From: an uncultured bacterium | Lineage (GTDB): Bacteria > Bacteroidota > Ignavibacteria > Kapaibacteriales > UBA2268 | NCBI GenBank assembly: GCA_937875295.1 | Contig: CALLXS010000013.1 | Span: forward strand, 1 to 51,145 | DNA: 51,145 nt | Reading direction: 5' to 3' | Part shown: in pieces, positions 19,584-29,041 of the stretch | Layout: each line of letters begins with the position of its first letter | How positions within the stretch are numbered: the first letter of the stretch is position 1 | Made by a program: the position numbers and the translations under genes | Notes under the pieces: generated by a model | Databases searched by the model: none | What the model saw: only the letters and a program-made list of their open reading frames with translations | What the model was told of the DNA's origin: nothing

Positions 19584-19982
19584 TTATCTTGGTGCTCCAT
19601 CCTTTATCCATCTGGCTAAACCAATTAATTGCTCAGTGTTTACTCTATAATCAACTATAAGAGAATGAGGCACTTCTCGGCGTATAATTTTTATTAATAG
19701 GCTATTATCGGGGTCGCCTTTGCGAATCATAAGTCCACCATACGACATTAATAGTTGTTCATAAGAATCGAGGATGATATTTGCTTTCCTATCCATTAAA
19801 TTATGACATCCCGGAGCATTACAAGCGAATCTTAATAATGGCTCGACATGCTGAGTATAAGTAATGTTACTTTCAGGAAAAATAATTTCCTCAGGATTAG
19901 AAATAGCATTATCCATACAAGCATAAAGCAAAATCAAAGGAATGATACCTAAAATTGCAATTCTAATTATATTATTTTTCAT
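19584..19982 (-). CDS. Small lipoprotein with a planctomycete-cytochrome-c-like (PSCyt1-like) domain
   Basis: Lipobox LLYAC. HVEPLLRFACNAPGCHNLMDRKANIILDSYEQLL..GG..IRKGDPDNSLLIKII resembles the PSCyt1 consensus (C..CH ... L.L.S ... GG ... PG.P..SLL), but with CX4CH spacing. Confidence 0.5.
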   Translation of the reverse strand: MKNNIIRIAILGIIPLILLYACMDNAISNPEEIIFPESNITYTQHVEPLLRFACNAPGCHNLMDRKANIILDSYEQLLMSYGGLMIRKGDPDNSLLIKIIRREVPHSLIVDYRVNTEQLIGLARWIKDGAPR

Positions 19983-20018
19983 TTTTATATATAAAATATT
20001 ATTAAGAACTTGGTATAG

Positions 20019-20873
20019 TTAATAACTTTCTTCTACTGACGGAAATTTGCCATTTTTTACATCATCGCAATATTGAGAGAAAGCATTTTTAATGATTTCG
20101 TTTAAATTTGCATATTGTCTTACAAATCTTGGTCTAAAGTCAATTGTGAGTCCTAGCATATCGGAATATACTAAAATTTGCCCATCGCAATGTGGTCCGG
20201 CACCAATTCCGATTGTAGGAATTTTAAGCGAGTTAGTTACCTCTTCAGCAAGTTTGTAAGGAATTTTTTCAAGAACAACTGCAAAAGCACCTGCATTTTC
20301 TAAATTTTTAGCATCTTCAAGAATTTTTTTAGCTTCATCAGAATCTTTGCCACGAGCTCTGTAGGAGCCGAATTTGTTAATGCTCTGTGGTGTTAATCCT
20401 AAATGTCCCATACAAGGTATTCCTGCTTCATTGAGTCTCTCTACTGCATTTAGGACACTTAGACTCGCTCCTTCGAGTTTTAGCGCTTCGCAGCCTGATT
20501 CTTTCATAATGCGACCGGCATTTTCAAAGGCAGAATCAGCAGAAACTTGATAGCTCATAAATGGCATATCAGATACAATAAGTGGGCGTTTTGTACCTCT
20601 TAAGACAGCCTTAGTATGATAGATTATTTCCTCAATCGTGACAGGGATTGTGGTTTCTCTACCTTGTACTACATTTGCGACAGAATCGCCAATTAGAATT
20701 AAATCAATACCTGATTCATCTAATATTTTTCCGATAAGAGCATCATAGCCAGTTAAGCATGATATCTTAATATTTGCATCTTTCATTTCTTGCAGACGCA
20801 AAGTAGTAATTTTTTTAAATTTATTTTCGGTAGAACTAATTATTTTGCTATCATTATCCGATATGTATACCAT
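20019..20873 (-). CDS. panB: 3-methyl-2-oxobutanoate hydroxymethyltransferase (ketopantoate hydroxymethyltransferase)
   Basis: [30 protein letters not shown] and [10 protein letters not shown] are all canonical PanB blocks. Confidence 0.93.
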   Translation of the reverse strand: MVYISDNDSKIISSTENKFKKITTLRLQEMKDANIKISCLTGYDALIGKILDESGIDLILIGDSVANVVQGRETTIPVTIEEIIYHTKAVLRGTKRPLIVSDMPFMSYQVSADSAFENAGRIMKESGCEALKLEGASLSVLNAVERLNEAGIPCMGHLGLTPQSINKFGSYRARGKDSDEAKKILEDAKNLENAGAFAVVLEKIPYKLAEEVTNSLKIPTIGIGAGPHCDGQILVYSDMLGLTIDFRPRFVRQYANLNEIIKNAFSQYCDDVKNGKFPSVEESY

Positions 20874-21116
20874 ATTATTTAGCTATTATTTTTTTATAAA
20901 TATTAAATTTACGCAAAATTAAGAAAGTAAGCGGTAGAAATCAAATATTTTATTATTTGACTAATTAAAATTACGAAAAAATAATTATTAATTTAAAAAA
21001 TTAGTTTTTGTAAAATATTTTTATTAATTTTATTTTCTTGATTTCAAAAATATAATATCTTGAAATAAGAGTTAAATAGTTAATCGTTTTTTTTATATAT
21101 GTAAAGCAATTTTAGA

Positions 21117-22256
21117 TTGGAAAATACTACTTCAATTGAAAGTAAATATAAATTTACTGATGATATTAATAGAGCCTTGGATATCTTCAGAGGTAAAGAT
21201 TTGCGAAAAATTGACTTATTATGCGAAGATTGCAAAAACCTGAAGAATGAAGATGCTAAATCCTTTAACGCAGCTGCAATAAAGTATATTGATGATAAAA
21301 ATGTAGCATTTAGAAATATTTTAATCGAAATTCTCCAAACTACTATTAAGTATTCTCCTGAGTTGATAGAAGAGAATTATTCATATTCATATAATGACTT
21401 TCGAAGAAATTTAGTTGATATTACTATTTTTACTAAGGACGAAATTATTAAACAATTTCTGATGAAAGTAATTCATATCGATAAATCTTCTACAGTTAGA
21501 AGTTCAATATATGAATCAATGATAAATTATAATGATGATATAGATGTTCTTAATTTGTTAATTGAGCGGTATTCTAAAGAAGTAGAATTAGATTTGCTGA
21601 TTATTCAATTATTATCGAATTTCGATTTCCCGAAATGTGAGGAATTTTTATTTACAATATTAAATAAATCTACCGATAGACATAAAATCCTAATGGTTCT
21701 TTATTCTCTCGAGAAAATAGCTCATAAAAGCGAAACAGTTGAATTTTTAATCAAGAACATTAATAAATATGAGTCAATTTTGCATCCATTTATTCTTAAA
21801 GCAATTGTAAAAATTGTCGATAATAATAGCATTGATTTATATTCAATTTCTTCAGGCAAAATAAATAATTTACAAGAGCTGTCATCATCTCTGCTTGCGG
21901 AATATGACGAAGAAAATTATTATATATATTTGAGAATTAATGAAGATAGAATACATTTATTAAAAATCGATTTCCTTGTGCAAATCTTTACGAGCCTGAG
22001 CGCTAGGAGCATTAAAATAGTGATTTTAAGCTTAGTAAATAATTTACATCTTAAAATATTAGAAAATCTATTTAAGATGTATTTTGAAAAAACAAAAAAC
22101 GTGTTTAATGTAATAGGTTTGCAGGAAATATTATTAGAACAATTTGATAAATTTGAAGTGCTGTTAAAAAATTTAAAATACATTATAGAACAAGAATTAG
22201 ATAATACAGAATATAGTAATAATGCGACAATTAGAGAACTTTTAAGTTTATTTTAA
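21117..22256 (+). CDS. Hypothetical all-alpha (HEAT/ARM-like?) protein heading the chemotaxis mini-cluster
   Basis: TTG start in the ORF track. Leucine/isoleucine-rich helical repeats such as SSTVRSSIYESMINY. No motif I can assign. Located 31 nt upstream of cheR on the same strand. Confidence 0.45.
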   Translation: MENTTSIESKYKFTDDINRALDIFRGKDLRKIDLLCEDCKNLKNEDAKSFNAAAIKYIDDKNVAFRNILIEILQTTIKYSPELIEENYSYSYNDFRRNLVDITIFTKDEIIKQFLMKVIHIDKSSTVRSSIYESMINYNDDIDVLNLLIERYSKEVELDLLIIQLLSNFDFPKCEEFLFTILNKSTDRHKILMVLYSLEKIAHKSETVEFLIKNINKYESILHPFILKAIVKIVDNNSIDLYSISSGKINNLQELSSSLLAEYDEENYYIYLRINEDRIHLLKIDFLVQIFTSLSARSIKIVILSLVNNLHLKILENLFKMYFEKTKNVFNVIGLQEILLEQFDKFEVLLKNLKYIIEQELDNTEYSNNATIRELLSLF

Positions 22257-22287
22257 TCTATGAACTTAATTATAGGATGATAAAGTT

Positions 22288-23142
22288 ATGGCAGACGAGA
22301 AATTAATAAAAGATTTAGAACTAAGCGATAAGACCTTTAATGAATTTAGGGATTTTATTTATGAGTTAACTGGACTATATTTTAGTGTCGAAAAGCGTAT
22401 TATATTAACTCGAAAATTAAAAAATAGAATTGTAAAATTAGGTTTAAATTCATTCGAACAATATTTACATATTTTAAGAACTCAGAACATTAAGCAAGAA
22501 ATTAATTTTTTATTTGAAGCAATTACTATTAACGAATCATATTTCTTTAGGAATGAATTACAATTTCATTCTTTTTATAAATTTATAATTCCTGATATTT
22601 TAGGAAGTAAAGCTAATGATAATATAATTAGAGTATGGAGTTCAGCTTGCTCTACAGGCGAAGAAGCATACACTATTGCCATGATTTTCCAAGAGAAAAT
22701 TAAACCTTTATTCCCGGAGTTACAATTACAAGTAATTGGTAGCGATATAAATAATTCATCATTAGAATTTGCTAGAAAAGGAACCTATCAGCACTATTCT
22801 ATTCAAAATGTCCCAGAATTATATTTAAAAAAATATTTTTTGCAACAAGGGAATAATTATATTGTCTCTGATGAAATTAAGAAATTAGTTAGATTTATTA
22901 ATATTAATATCTATAATGATAAACAAATTAATAATGTGAGGAATTGTGACGTTATCTTTTCATGTAATGTCATGATTTATTATGATTTATCCTCAAGGAA
23001 AATTATCGTCAATAATTTATATAATTCTCTAAATAAAAATGGTTACTTATTTATAGGTTATACTGAATCATTGCATGGAATATCTAAATCATTTAAATTA
23101 GTCCACCTACCGCAAGCATTAGCTTATAAAAAAGAATATTGA
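22288..23142 (+). CDS. cheR: Chemotaxis protein methyltransferase CheR
   Basis: IRVWSSACSTGEEAYTIAMIF (SAM-binding motif), DVIFSCNVMIYYD and GYLFIGYTESL. Confidence 0.9.
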   Translation: MADEKLIKDLELSDKTFNEFRDFIYELTGLYFSVEKRIILTRKLKNRIVKLGLNSFEQYLHILRTQNIKQEINFLFEAITINESYFFRNELQFHSFYKFIIPDILGSKANDNIIRVWSSACSTGEEAYTIAMIFQEKIKPLFPELQLQVIGSDINNSSLEFARKGTYQHYSIQNVPELYLKKYFLQQGNNYIVSDEIKKLVRFININIYNDKQINNVRNCDVIFSCNVMIYYDLSSRKIIVNNLYNSLNKNGYLFIGYTESLHGISKSFKLVHLPQALAYKKEY

Positions 23143-23531
23143 TGGAAAATACCAAAGCTAAAGATTATTGTATATTAGTAGTTGAAGATTCGCCTTCAAT
23201 GAGGAAATATATCGCATTATCTCTGAAATTATACGGATATAAATTAATTCTTGCAGTAGATGGTATGGATGCTTTAGAGAAAATCACAGGAAAAAAAGTT
23301 GATTTAATTATTACTGACCTAAATATGCCAAATATGGATGGTTTTGAATTAATTAAAAGAATAAGAAGATTAGAGGAATTCGAAAAATTGCCGATAATTG
23401 TATTATCTTCTTTGTCAGAGACATACGATATTAAAGAAAGCATTAGAATCGGAGCTAATACTTATATTCTAAAACCTTTTAATATCGAAGTCATACAATC
23501 GGAAGTACAAAAATTAATTGGAATTAAATAA
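23142..23531 (+). CDS. CheY-like single-domain response regulator (receiver only)
   Basis: VVEDS, DLIITDLNMPNMDG (phospho-acceptor Asp), VLSS and ILKPF. The ATG at 23142 overlaps the cheR TGA (TGATG); the ORF track offers an alternative TTG at 23139. Confidence 0.88.
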   Translation: MENTKAKDYCILVVEDSPSMRKYIALSLKLYGYKLILAVDGMDALEKITGKKVDLIITDLNMPNMDGFELIKRIRRLEEFEKLPIIVLSSLSETYDIKESIRIGANTYILKPFNIEVIQSEVQKLIGIK

Positions 23532-23608
23532 TAATTTGCAATTATTTATAATTATATTAAATAATAATATTATTCAGCAAATAAATATAAAAAATAAAGG
23601 AAAATAAC

Positions 23609-23986
23609 GTGAAATTTTTAGTGGTTGATGATTCCCCTACTATGAGAAGAATAGTAATCAATGCTTTAAAAACATTCGGACACAACGATATAGTAGAAGC
23701 AGAAGATGGGCAAGATGCTTTAAATAAACTTTTAGCAGAAAGCTTTGAATTTGTAATTACTGACTGGAATATGCCTAATATGACAGGACTCGAGCTAACG
23801 AAAGCCATTCGCTCAACTGATTCTCTTAAGAATTTACCAATTTTGATGGTTACTACAAGAGGCTTAAAGCAAGATATCATCGAAGCACTTCAAGCTAAAG
23901 TAAATAATTATGTGGTAAAACCATTTACTCCTCAAGTATTGAAAGAAAAACTTGATGCTGTACTGAAAGCTGTGGGGTTAGCATAA
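23609..23986 (+). CDS. cheY: Chemotaxis response regulator CheY
   Basis: GTG start after AAGGA. KFLVVDDSPTMRRIV, FVITDWNMPNMTGLEL, ILMVTT and NNYVVKPFT are a close match to canonical CheY. Confidence 0.9.
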   Translation: MKFLVVDDSPTMRRIVINALKTFGHNDIVEAEDGQDALNKLLAESFEFVITDWNMPNMTGLELTKAIRSTDSLKNLPILMVTTRGLKQDIIEALQAKVNNYVVKPFTPQVLKEKLDAVLKAVGLA

Positions 23987-25077
23987 TGAAAGGAAATGGT
24001 AATAAAATGAAAGAAATGGATTTATCACAATTATTAGGTAAAGCTGAAGAATTAAGAGCTTTGTTTGTACTTGGCCAGAGAGTAATTCCTTTTATTGAAG
24101 AAATTTTTATTTTTGTAAGCGAAATTAAACCTCTGCTCGACGAAATTAATATTTCTATAAAAGATAATTTGAAAAAAATGCCTAATGCTTCTAAACAACT
24201 TACTAAAGTTACTGAAGCTACTGAAATGGCAACTATTGAAATTATGGATATAGTCGATGGATTATTCTTTAAAAGTGATGTAATTTCTTCTAATATCAAT
24301 AAATTGACTGATATTAATAAGAATTCTGTTAATAATCCTTCAAATGTAATTAGCTTACTTTCTTCTGCTGTAGATAACGCTCAAGATGAAAATTTGGCTA
24401 AAGAATTGACTGATAAAATTGCAGACTACAAAAACAATAATGAAAGTGAATTTGATGCTACTGTCGGTAAAACTAATGACATTATCAATAGCATAAAAGA
24501 TGATTCTAATTCGATTATGATGGCTCTGCAAATGCAAGATATTACTACTCAACAAATTGCAGCAGTAAATAATTTGCTCGAGACAGTTCAAATAAAGTTA
24601 TCTCAAATTATTGAAAAATTCCAAAATAGCGATATTGGAGATTTAGTTGCTTCAGGTAATTTAAGTGGCTCTAATAATGAATCTACACAACATGCGAGCC
24701 CTACTAATGTGTCAAAAATGCACAGAGCAATTGCGTTCGATCCTGATGCAGTAGAATCTATCACTCAAAAAGAATTCCGCCAAAATAACGTTGATGAACT
24801 TATTAATAACTTCGATCCAGATGCTACTTATGCACAAGAAGAAGCCACAGAAGTTTCCTCAACTGATATAGACGCACTATTTGCTTCTAATAATGGAACT
24901 GCTGCTGAAGTTGAAAATACTCCATCAAATACCGAAAGCAATGATCCAATATCAGCAGACGACATAGATGCTTTATTCTCAGGTAATTCTAATCAAAATG
25001 ATGCTCCTGCTCAGGCTGCTGCCGATGATTTAACTGATTTTTCGCAAGATGATATAGATGCTTTATTTGGTAAATAG
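23986..25077 (+). CDS. CheZ-family CheY-P phosphatase candidate with triplicated C-terminal DIDALF motif
   Basis: LTKVTEATEMATIEIMDIVD and MALQMQDITTQQI resemble the CheZ family, including the DxxxQ active-site spacing seen in E. coli QDLTGQ. The C-terminal third is acidic and carries DIDALF three times. The start overlaps the cheY stop (TAATG). Confidence 0.6.
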   Translation: MKGNGNKMKEMDLSQLLGKAEELRALFVLGQRVIPFIEEIFIFVSEIKPLLDEINISIKDNLKKMPNASKQLTKVTEATEMATIEIMDIVDGLFFKSDVISSNINKLTDINKNSVNNPSNVISLLSSAVDNAQDENLAKELTDKIADYKNNNESEFDATVGKTNDIINSIKDDSNSIMMALQMQDITTQQIAAVNNLLETVQIKLSQIIEKFQNSDIGDLVASGNLSGSNNESTQHASPTNVSKMHRAIAFDPDAVESITQKEFRQNNVDELINNFDPDATYAQEEATEVSSTDIDALFASNNGTAAEVENTPSNTESNDPISADDIDALFSGNSNQNDAPAQAAADDLTDFSQDDIDALFGK

Positions 25078-25093
25078 ATCTTAGATTACTAAT

Positions 25094-25777
25094 ATGGGTA
25101 ATATACAAAAAGACCAAAAGTCAAAGGATTTTATTTTTGAAGCTAGTGACTTCGATCCTAAAGATGTCATTAATCAAACTGTTAACGACTATAAGTCTAA
25201 TAATGTCCAAAAAGTAAATACCCCTACTATAACCTCAGAAAATAATGTCGATGAAGACACAAGACATCATAAAAAAAAGAATTTTGATTTTGAAAATCAA
25301 TTAGTTAATCCTGATGCTGAAGAAAATTTTGAGGATTTTTTAGATCTTCCGGTTATTACCGGTAATTATAAAGGATTTAATAGAGCAAATAGAATTTCAT
25401 CTGATAAAATTATTAATTCAAGTAATTCAATTAATTTAGTTGATGTAGATTTTACAGATTCTAATTCACCTAAACATCATAAAGATGACTTTTCTACAAT
25501 TATAATTAACAAAGACCAAGAAAATAATGTGATTGGGATAGATGTAATTTGCCGGTGTGGAAATAAGACAAGAGTCAATTTTACTTTCGACGAAAAAGAA
25601 AATGAAATTAAGGTGGAAGGTTCAAATAAAGTAAAAGTCAAAGATCCGTCTTATGATCCAACTTCAATTGATGAAAATTTACCAAATCATATTTATGAAG
25701 CACCTACTAATATATTAGATGATGAAAATTATAATGAAAGTCTTTTGGAGAATATAGACGATAATAATATTGAATAG
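25094..25777 (+). CDS. Hypothetical acidic, low-complexity protein, last gene of the che mini-cluster
   Basis: Starts 16 nt after the CheZ-like gene. N/D/E-rich, with one ordered-looking patch IIINKDQENNVIGIDVICRCGNKTRVNFTF. No recognisable motif. Confidence 0.45.
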   Translation: MGNIQKDQKSKDFIFEASDFDPKDVINQTVNDYKSNNVQKVNTPTITSENNVDEDTRHHKKKNFDFENQLVNPDAEENFEDFLDLPVITGNYKGFNRANRISSDKIINSSNSINLVDVDFTDSNSPKHHKDDFSTIIINKDQENNVIGIDVICRCGNKTRVNFTFDEKENEIKVEGSNKVKVKDPSYDPTSIDENLPNHIYEAPTNILDDENYNESLLENIDDNNIE

Positions 25778-25790
25778 AAATATACAGTAC

Positions 25791-26399
25791 TTATAAAATA
25801 TATAAAAGCACTCTATCTATAGATTTATATAAATCTTCTAGAGTGCTTTCATTTATTATAGTAAAATCAGCAAGTTTCCTTTTTTCTTCAGCAGAAAGTT
25901 GAGTTTTTAGTCTTTGAGCTGCTTCTTCTGCAGAAATATTATTTCTTTTTGTGATTCTTTCAATAGAAATATTATCATTGCTATAAATGTTAATTACGTA
26001 GTCAAATCCTTCATTTAACCCCAATTCAAATATTAAAGCGGATTCCACGAAAATGATTTCTAAACCATTATTTGCATTTATTTCAATCTGATTAATTAGT
26101 TCTTCAATAACTGCTGGATGAATAATTAAATTTAATTTTTCTAAATTATCTTTTTTATTTTTATCGTTACCAAAAACGCATTCTGAGATAAATTTTGTAT
26201 TATATACACCATTAATATAAGCCATATTACCAAAAGCATTAGTAATTTTTGCTTTTATATCGGAATTAGACTCTAAAAGTTCTTTTGCAATATTATCAGA
26301 ATATAGCACTTTGTAAGATTTAGACTCAATATAATTGGAAGCAGTAGATTTGCCACTTCCCATATTTCCTGTAATTCCTATTACTTTAATTTCATTCAT
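25791..26399 (-). CDS. coaE: Dephospho-CoA kinase
   Basis: P-loop IGITGNMGSGKST at the N-terminus. The ~200 aa length and the IHPAV motif are typical of CoaE. Confidence 0.88.
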   Translation of the reverse strand: MNEIKVIGITGNMGSGKSTASNYIESKSYKVLYSDNIAKELLESNSDIKAKITNAFGNMAYINGVYNTKFISECVFGNDKNKKDNLEKLNLIIHPAVIEELINQIEINANNGLEIIFVESALIFELGLNEGFDYVINIYSNDNISIERITKRNNISAEEAAQRLKTQLSAEEKRKLADFTIINESTLEDLYKSIDRVLLYIL

Positions 26400-26440
26400 T
26401 CTTAATTGTTATGAAAATTTAAAAAAATCAAATTTAATAA

Positions 26441-28774
26441 TTAATTTTTAATAAATTTTTTGGTTGCTCTTTTATCTTTTTCTATATATTCAATGATATA
26501 AACGCCAGCCGGGAGATAAGCAATATCAATTTTATCAATTATATTTTCAAACATAGCATGAGGATATGATTTTTCAAAAATTATTCCTCCATTTATATCA
26601 ATTATTCTCATATTTAATAAATTGCGAGAATTTTCATAAAATCTTTTATATGAAATAAATAATTCATTATTTACAATTTTATAATTTAAATTTGCCTTTG
26701 GATCTTCTTTGCTGATTTCCTCTACGTCGGATTTTAGACCTTCTAATACGAATAAACCGGCTTCAGTAGCCATATATAATTTTTCTTTATATTTTGGTCC
26801 GAAATAACGTAAAGACCATACATTTCCGACAGGTCCATAATTTGAGCTAACAACATTTGCATAGTTTGAATCTAATAAAATTTTAAAAATAGTACTGCTT
26901 GACCCTACTACAAGTGCAGAATCATCATCTATAAAATCGACAGAAATTAAATCTTGAACAATAGGATTATATTGTTTTACCCATGTGTTTCCTCCATCTT
27001 TAGTATAGAGCATAATACCATTTTTTCCAACTACTATTGCTTGATTCTCTCCTCTACATTTTACTCCGAATAGTGTATCTAAATACGGAATTTGTAATTT
27101 TTCAAATGAATTTCCTCCGTCGGTACTTTTTAGAATTGTACCTCCTTCTCCGCACACCATTCCAAAATTAGGATTACTGAAACTAATAGAATAAAGGTTT
27201 TTATCACTTATTTTCTTTTCTATCCAATTATTAGTAAGCAAATCTTTTACTAAAAAAGCACCATTATGACCACATATATATAATTTATCATTAGTATAAG
27301 AACTTCCTTTCAAAGTATCTTTAGTAGCGATTTCCTCTTTAGTCCAATTTTTTAATGAATTTTTACTTTGTAATACTAAGCCATTTGAGCCAACAACATA
27401 GAAGGTATAATCATCAGTTTGAGTGATTTTATATAAGTCTTCATTATAATTTGTATTGACAGTATCAAATAATAATTGGTCGCTGATATTTGCATAGATT
27501 CTTCCGTATTTCCCTGATGCAATGAAATGATTTGTTTTATAATAAAAGGCATCGAAAAAATCGAGGGAATAATCTAAAATATGAGCAGTACTCCAATTTG
27601 TTCCGTAATTTGAAGAATATTGAATTATACCTTGTTCTCCAGCTACAACAATATATCTTCCTCTCACATTTACACTTTTATAAGTAGGAGTTGGGTCAAC
27701 CCAGTCAATTTTATTGTCATAGGTCCACCAAGTTTTGCCGCTATCGAATGTGCCGCGAACAATTTTATCTCCGGGCACCTGCACAGAGTCTGTTGCGCTT
27801 GGGTCAGCAGTATATCCGCCAACGAATATTTCTTCTTCTCCACTTTCTAAAGTACGAGTAGCTACTCCCCAGAAGCTACTATCAGGGAATGCGAACATAT
27901 TCCATGTGTAACCGCCATCAGTAGATCGCCAAATTCCACCATTAGGTAAATTGCCATAATTAGTATATGTGATTGAAGCATATACTTTTCTAGGATCTTC
28001 GTTATTGAATGCAAACATTGTAATTTCATTGTCAAACATTGCAGTAGGATCATTAATTATATTTACATCTTTAGGTGAGATATTTTCTTTTAGTAATTTG
28101 AAATGTGTCCAAGACTTTCCTCTATCGGTGGACATCATAGATAATCCGCCTTGATTACCACAAAGCAAAATGTTTGAGCTGTCAGGTCGTACGGCAAGAC
28201 ATGTTGGTTGTTGCTCATTTCTTGTACCGGGGATAAAATTTCCGGCACTATCAATTTTTGGAGAATAAACAATTGATAAAGTATCCCAAGTGAGTCCATT
28301 ATCAAGAGATTCATAAATTCTTCTATCGTTATAGTTTCCCAGATAAAAATGTCCATCTTCTTCGGCATCTTCTGCAAGTGCTTTTCCGTTTAGGAAGCAG
28401 TGATTCATTGTGCTTGATGTTACTTCTTCCCAAGTTTTTCCTTTATCTGGACTTCTAAATAAATTTCCCATTGCAATACCGCCAGCAAGAATTACATTTG
28501 GATCTTTCCTGCTCACGAGCATATTATTCATATTGCTTCTGCCTTGAGTCATTAAAATAGAATCGCGTACCCAAGTTTTTCCAGAATCGCGTGAGATAAA
28601 TATTCTAAAGCCGACTCCACCTGCATACATATTAGCAGGATTCACTGGATCGACTGCGATTTCATAAGTTAATTCAGGAATTAGCCTTCTCCATCCTAAA
28701 TCTTGTGGATTAACCTCAGAAAATAAATCTAAAGAAAATAATAATAAAATCGGTATCAGTATAAACTTTTTCAT
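26441..28774 (-). CDS. BNR/Asp-box repeat beta-propeller protein (Ycf48/GH74-like) with T9SS C-terminal sorting domain
   Basis: About ten SxDxGxTW boxes: SRDSGKTW, SPDKGKTW, SLDNGLTW, STDRGKSW, STDGGYTW, TFDSGKTW, SSNYGTNW, STDGGNSF, TKDGGNTW. Has a signal peptide. The C-terminus MRIIDINGGIIF...LPAGVYIIEYIEKDKRATKKFIKN is typical of a type-A T9SS CTD. Confidence 0.85.
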   Translation of the reverse strand: MKKFILIPILLLFSLDLFSEVNPQDLGWRRLIPELTYEIAVDPVNPANMYAGGVGFRIFISRDSGKTWVRDSILMTQGRSNMNNMLVSRKDPNVILAGGIAMGNLFRSPDKGKTWEEVTSSTMNHCFLNGKALAEDAEEDGHFYLGNYNDRRIYESLDNGLTWDTLSIVYSPKIDSAGNFIPGTRNEQQPTCLAVRPDSSNILLCGNQGGLSMMSTDRGKSWTHFKLLKENISPKDVNIINDPTAMFDNEITMFAFNNEDPRKVYASITYTNYGNLPNGGIWRSTDGGYTWNMFAFPDSSFWGVATRTLESGEEEIFVGGYTADPSATDSVQVPGDKIVRGTFDSGKTWWTYDNKIDWVDPTPTYKSVNVRGRYIVVAGEQGIIQYSSNYGTNWSTAHILDYSLDFFDAFYYKTNHFIASGKYGRIYANISDQLLFDTVNTNYNEDLYKITQTDDYTFYVVGSNGLVLQSKNSLKNWTKEEIATKDTLKGSSYTNDKLYICGHNGAFLVKDLLTNNWIEKKISDKNLYSISFSNPNFGMVCGEGGTILKSTDGGNSFEKLQIPYLDTLFGVKCRGENQAIVVGKNGIMLYTKDGGNTWVKQYNPIVQDLISVDFIDDDSALVVGSSSTIFKILLDSNYANVVSSNYGPVGNVWSLRYFGPKYKEKLYMATEAGLFVLEGLKSDVEEISKEDPKANLNYKIVNNELFISYKRFYENSRNLLNMRIIDINGGIIFEKSYPHAMFENIIDKIDIAYLPAGVYIIEYIEKDKRATKKFIKN

Positions 28775-29041
28775 AATTATTAAAATATATTTTTTGTCTA
28801 TTTTATATTATACAAAACTTTTTCCATTTAATATAGACACAAAAATCGCAAAAAGTATTCAAAAATAAGTAATATTTTTAAAAATAATATGTATTTAGAT
28901 AATATTCTGAAAATAAAAGATTGATAGAGTAATAATATAAGAGAAATATATTTGCATAGTATTTTTATTTTATTTATTTTTGGATAGCTTCTTCAAATTA
29001 ATTGTGAAATGATTGTTAATTTTCCAAATGAGTAAACAAAT

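Noticed and set aside
20874-21116. Sigma-28 or sigma-54 promoter upstream of the chemotaxis cluster
   Set aside because: I looked for TAAA-N15-GCCGATAA and TGGCAC-N5-TTGC and found neither. There is only a 7-bp AT inverted repeat (atttcaa...ttgaaat), which is expected by chance at this composition.
23165-24591. Antisense ORFs 23165-23443, 23557-23880, 23925-24299 and 24355-24591 across the che genes
   Set aside because: Each overlaps, on the opposite strand, a receiver or CheZ-like gene with canonical motifs. Their products are I/S/F/L-rich with no features.
27620-28377. Cluster of short ORFs on both strands (27620-27850, 27862-28053, 27969-28154, 28135-28377) within the BNR gene
   Set aside because: All lie inside the 777-aa Asp-box repeat gene, whose reading frame is supported by ten SxDxGxTW motifs. 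The short ORFs have no start context or motifs.
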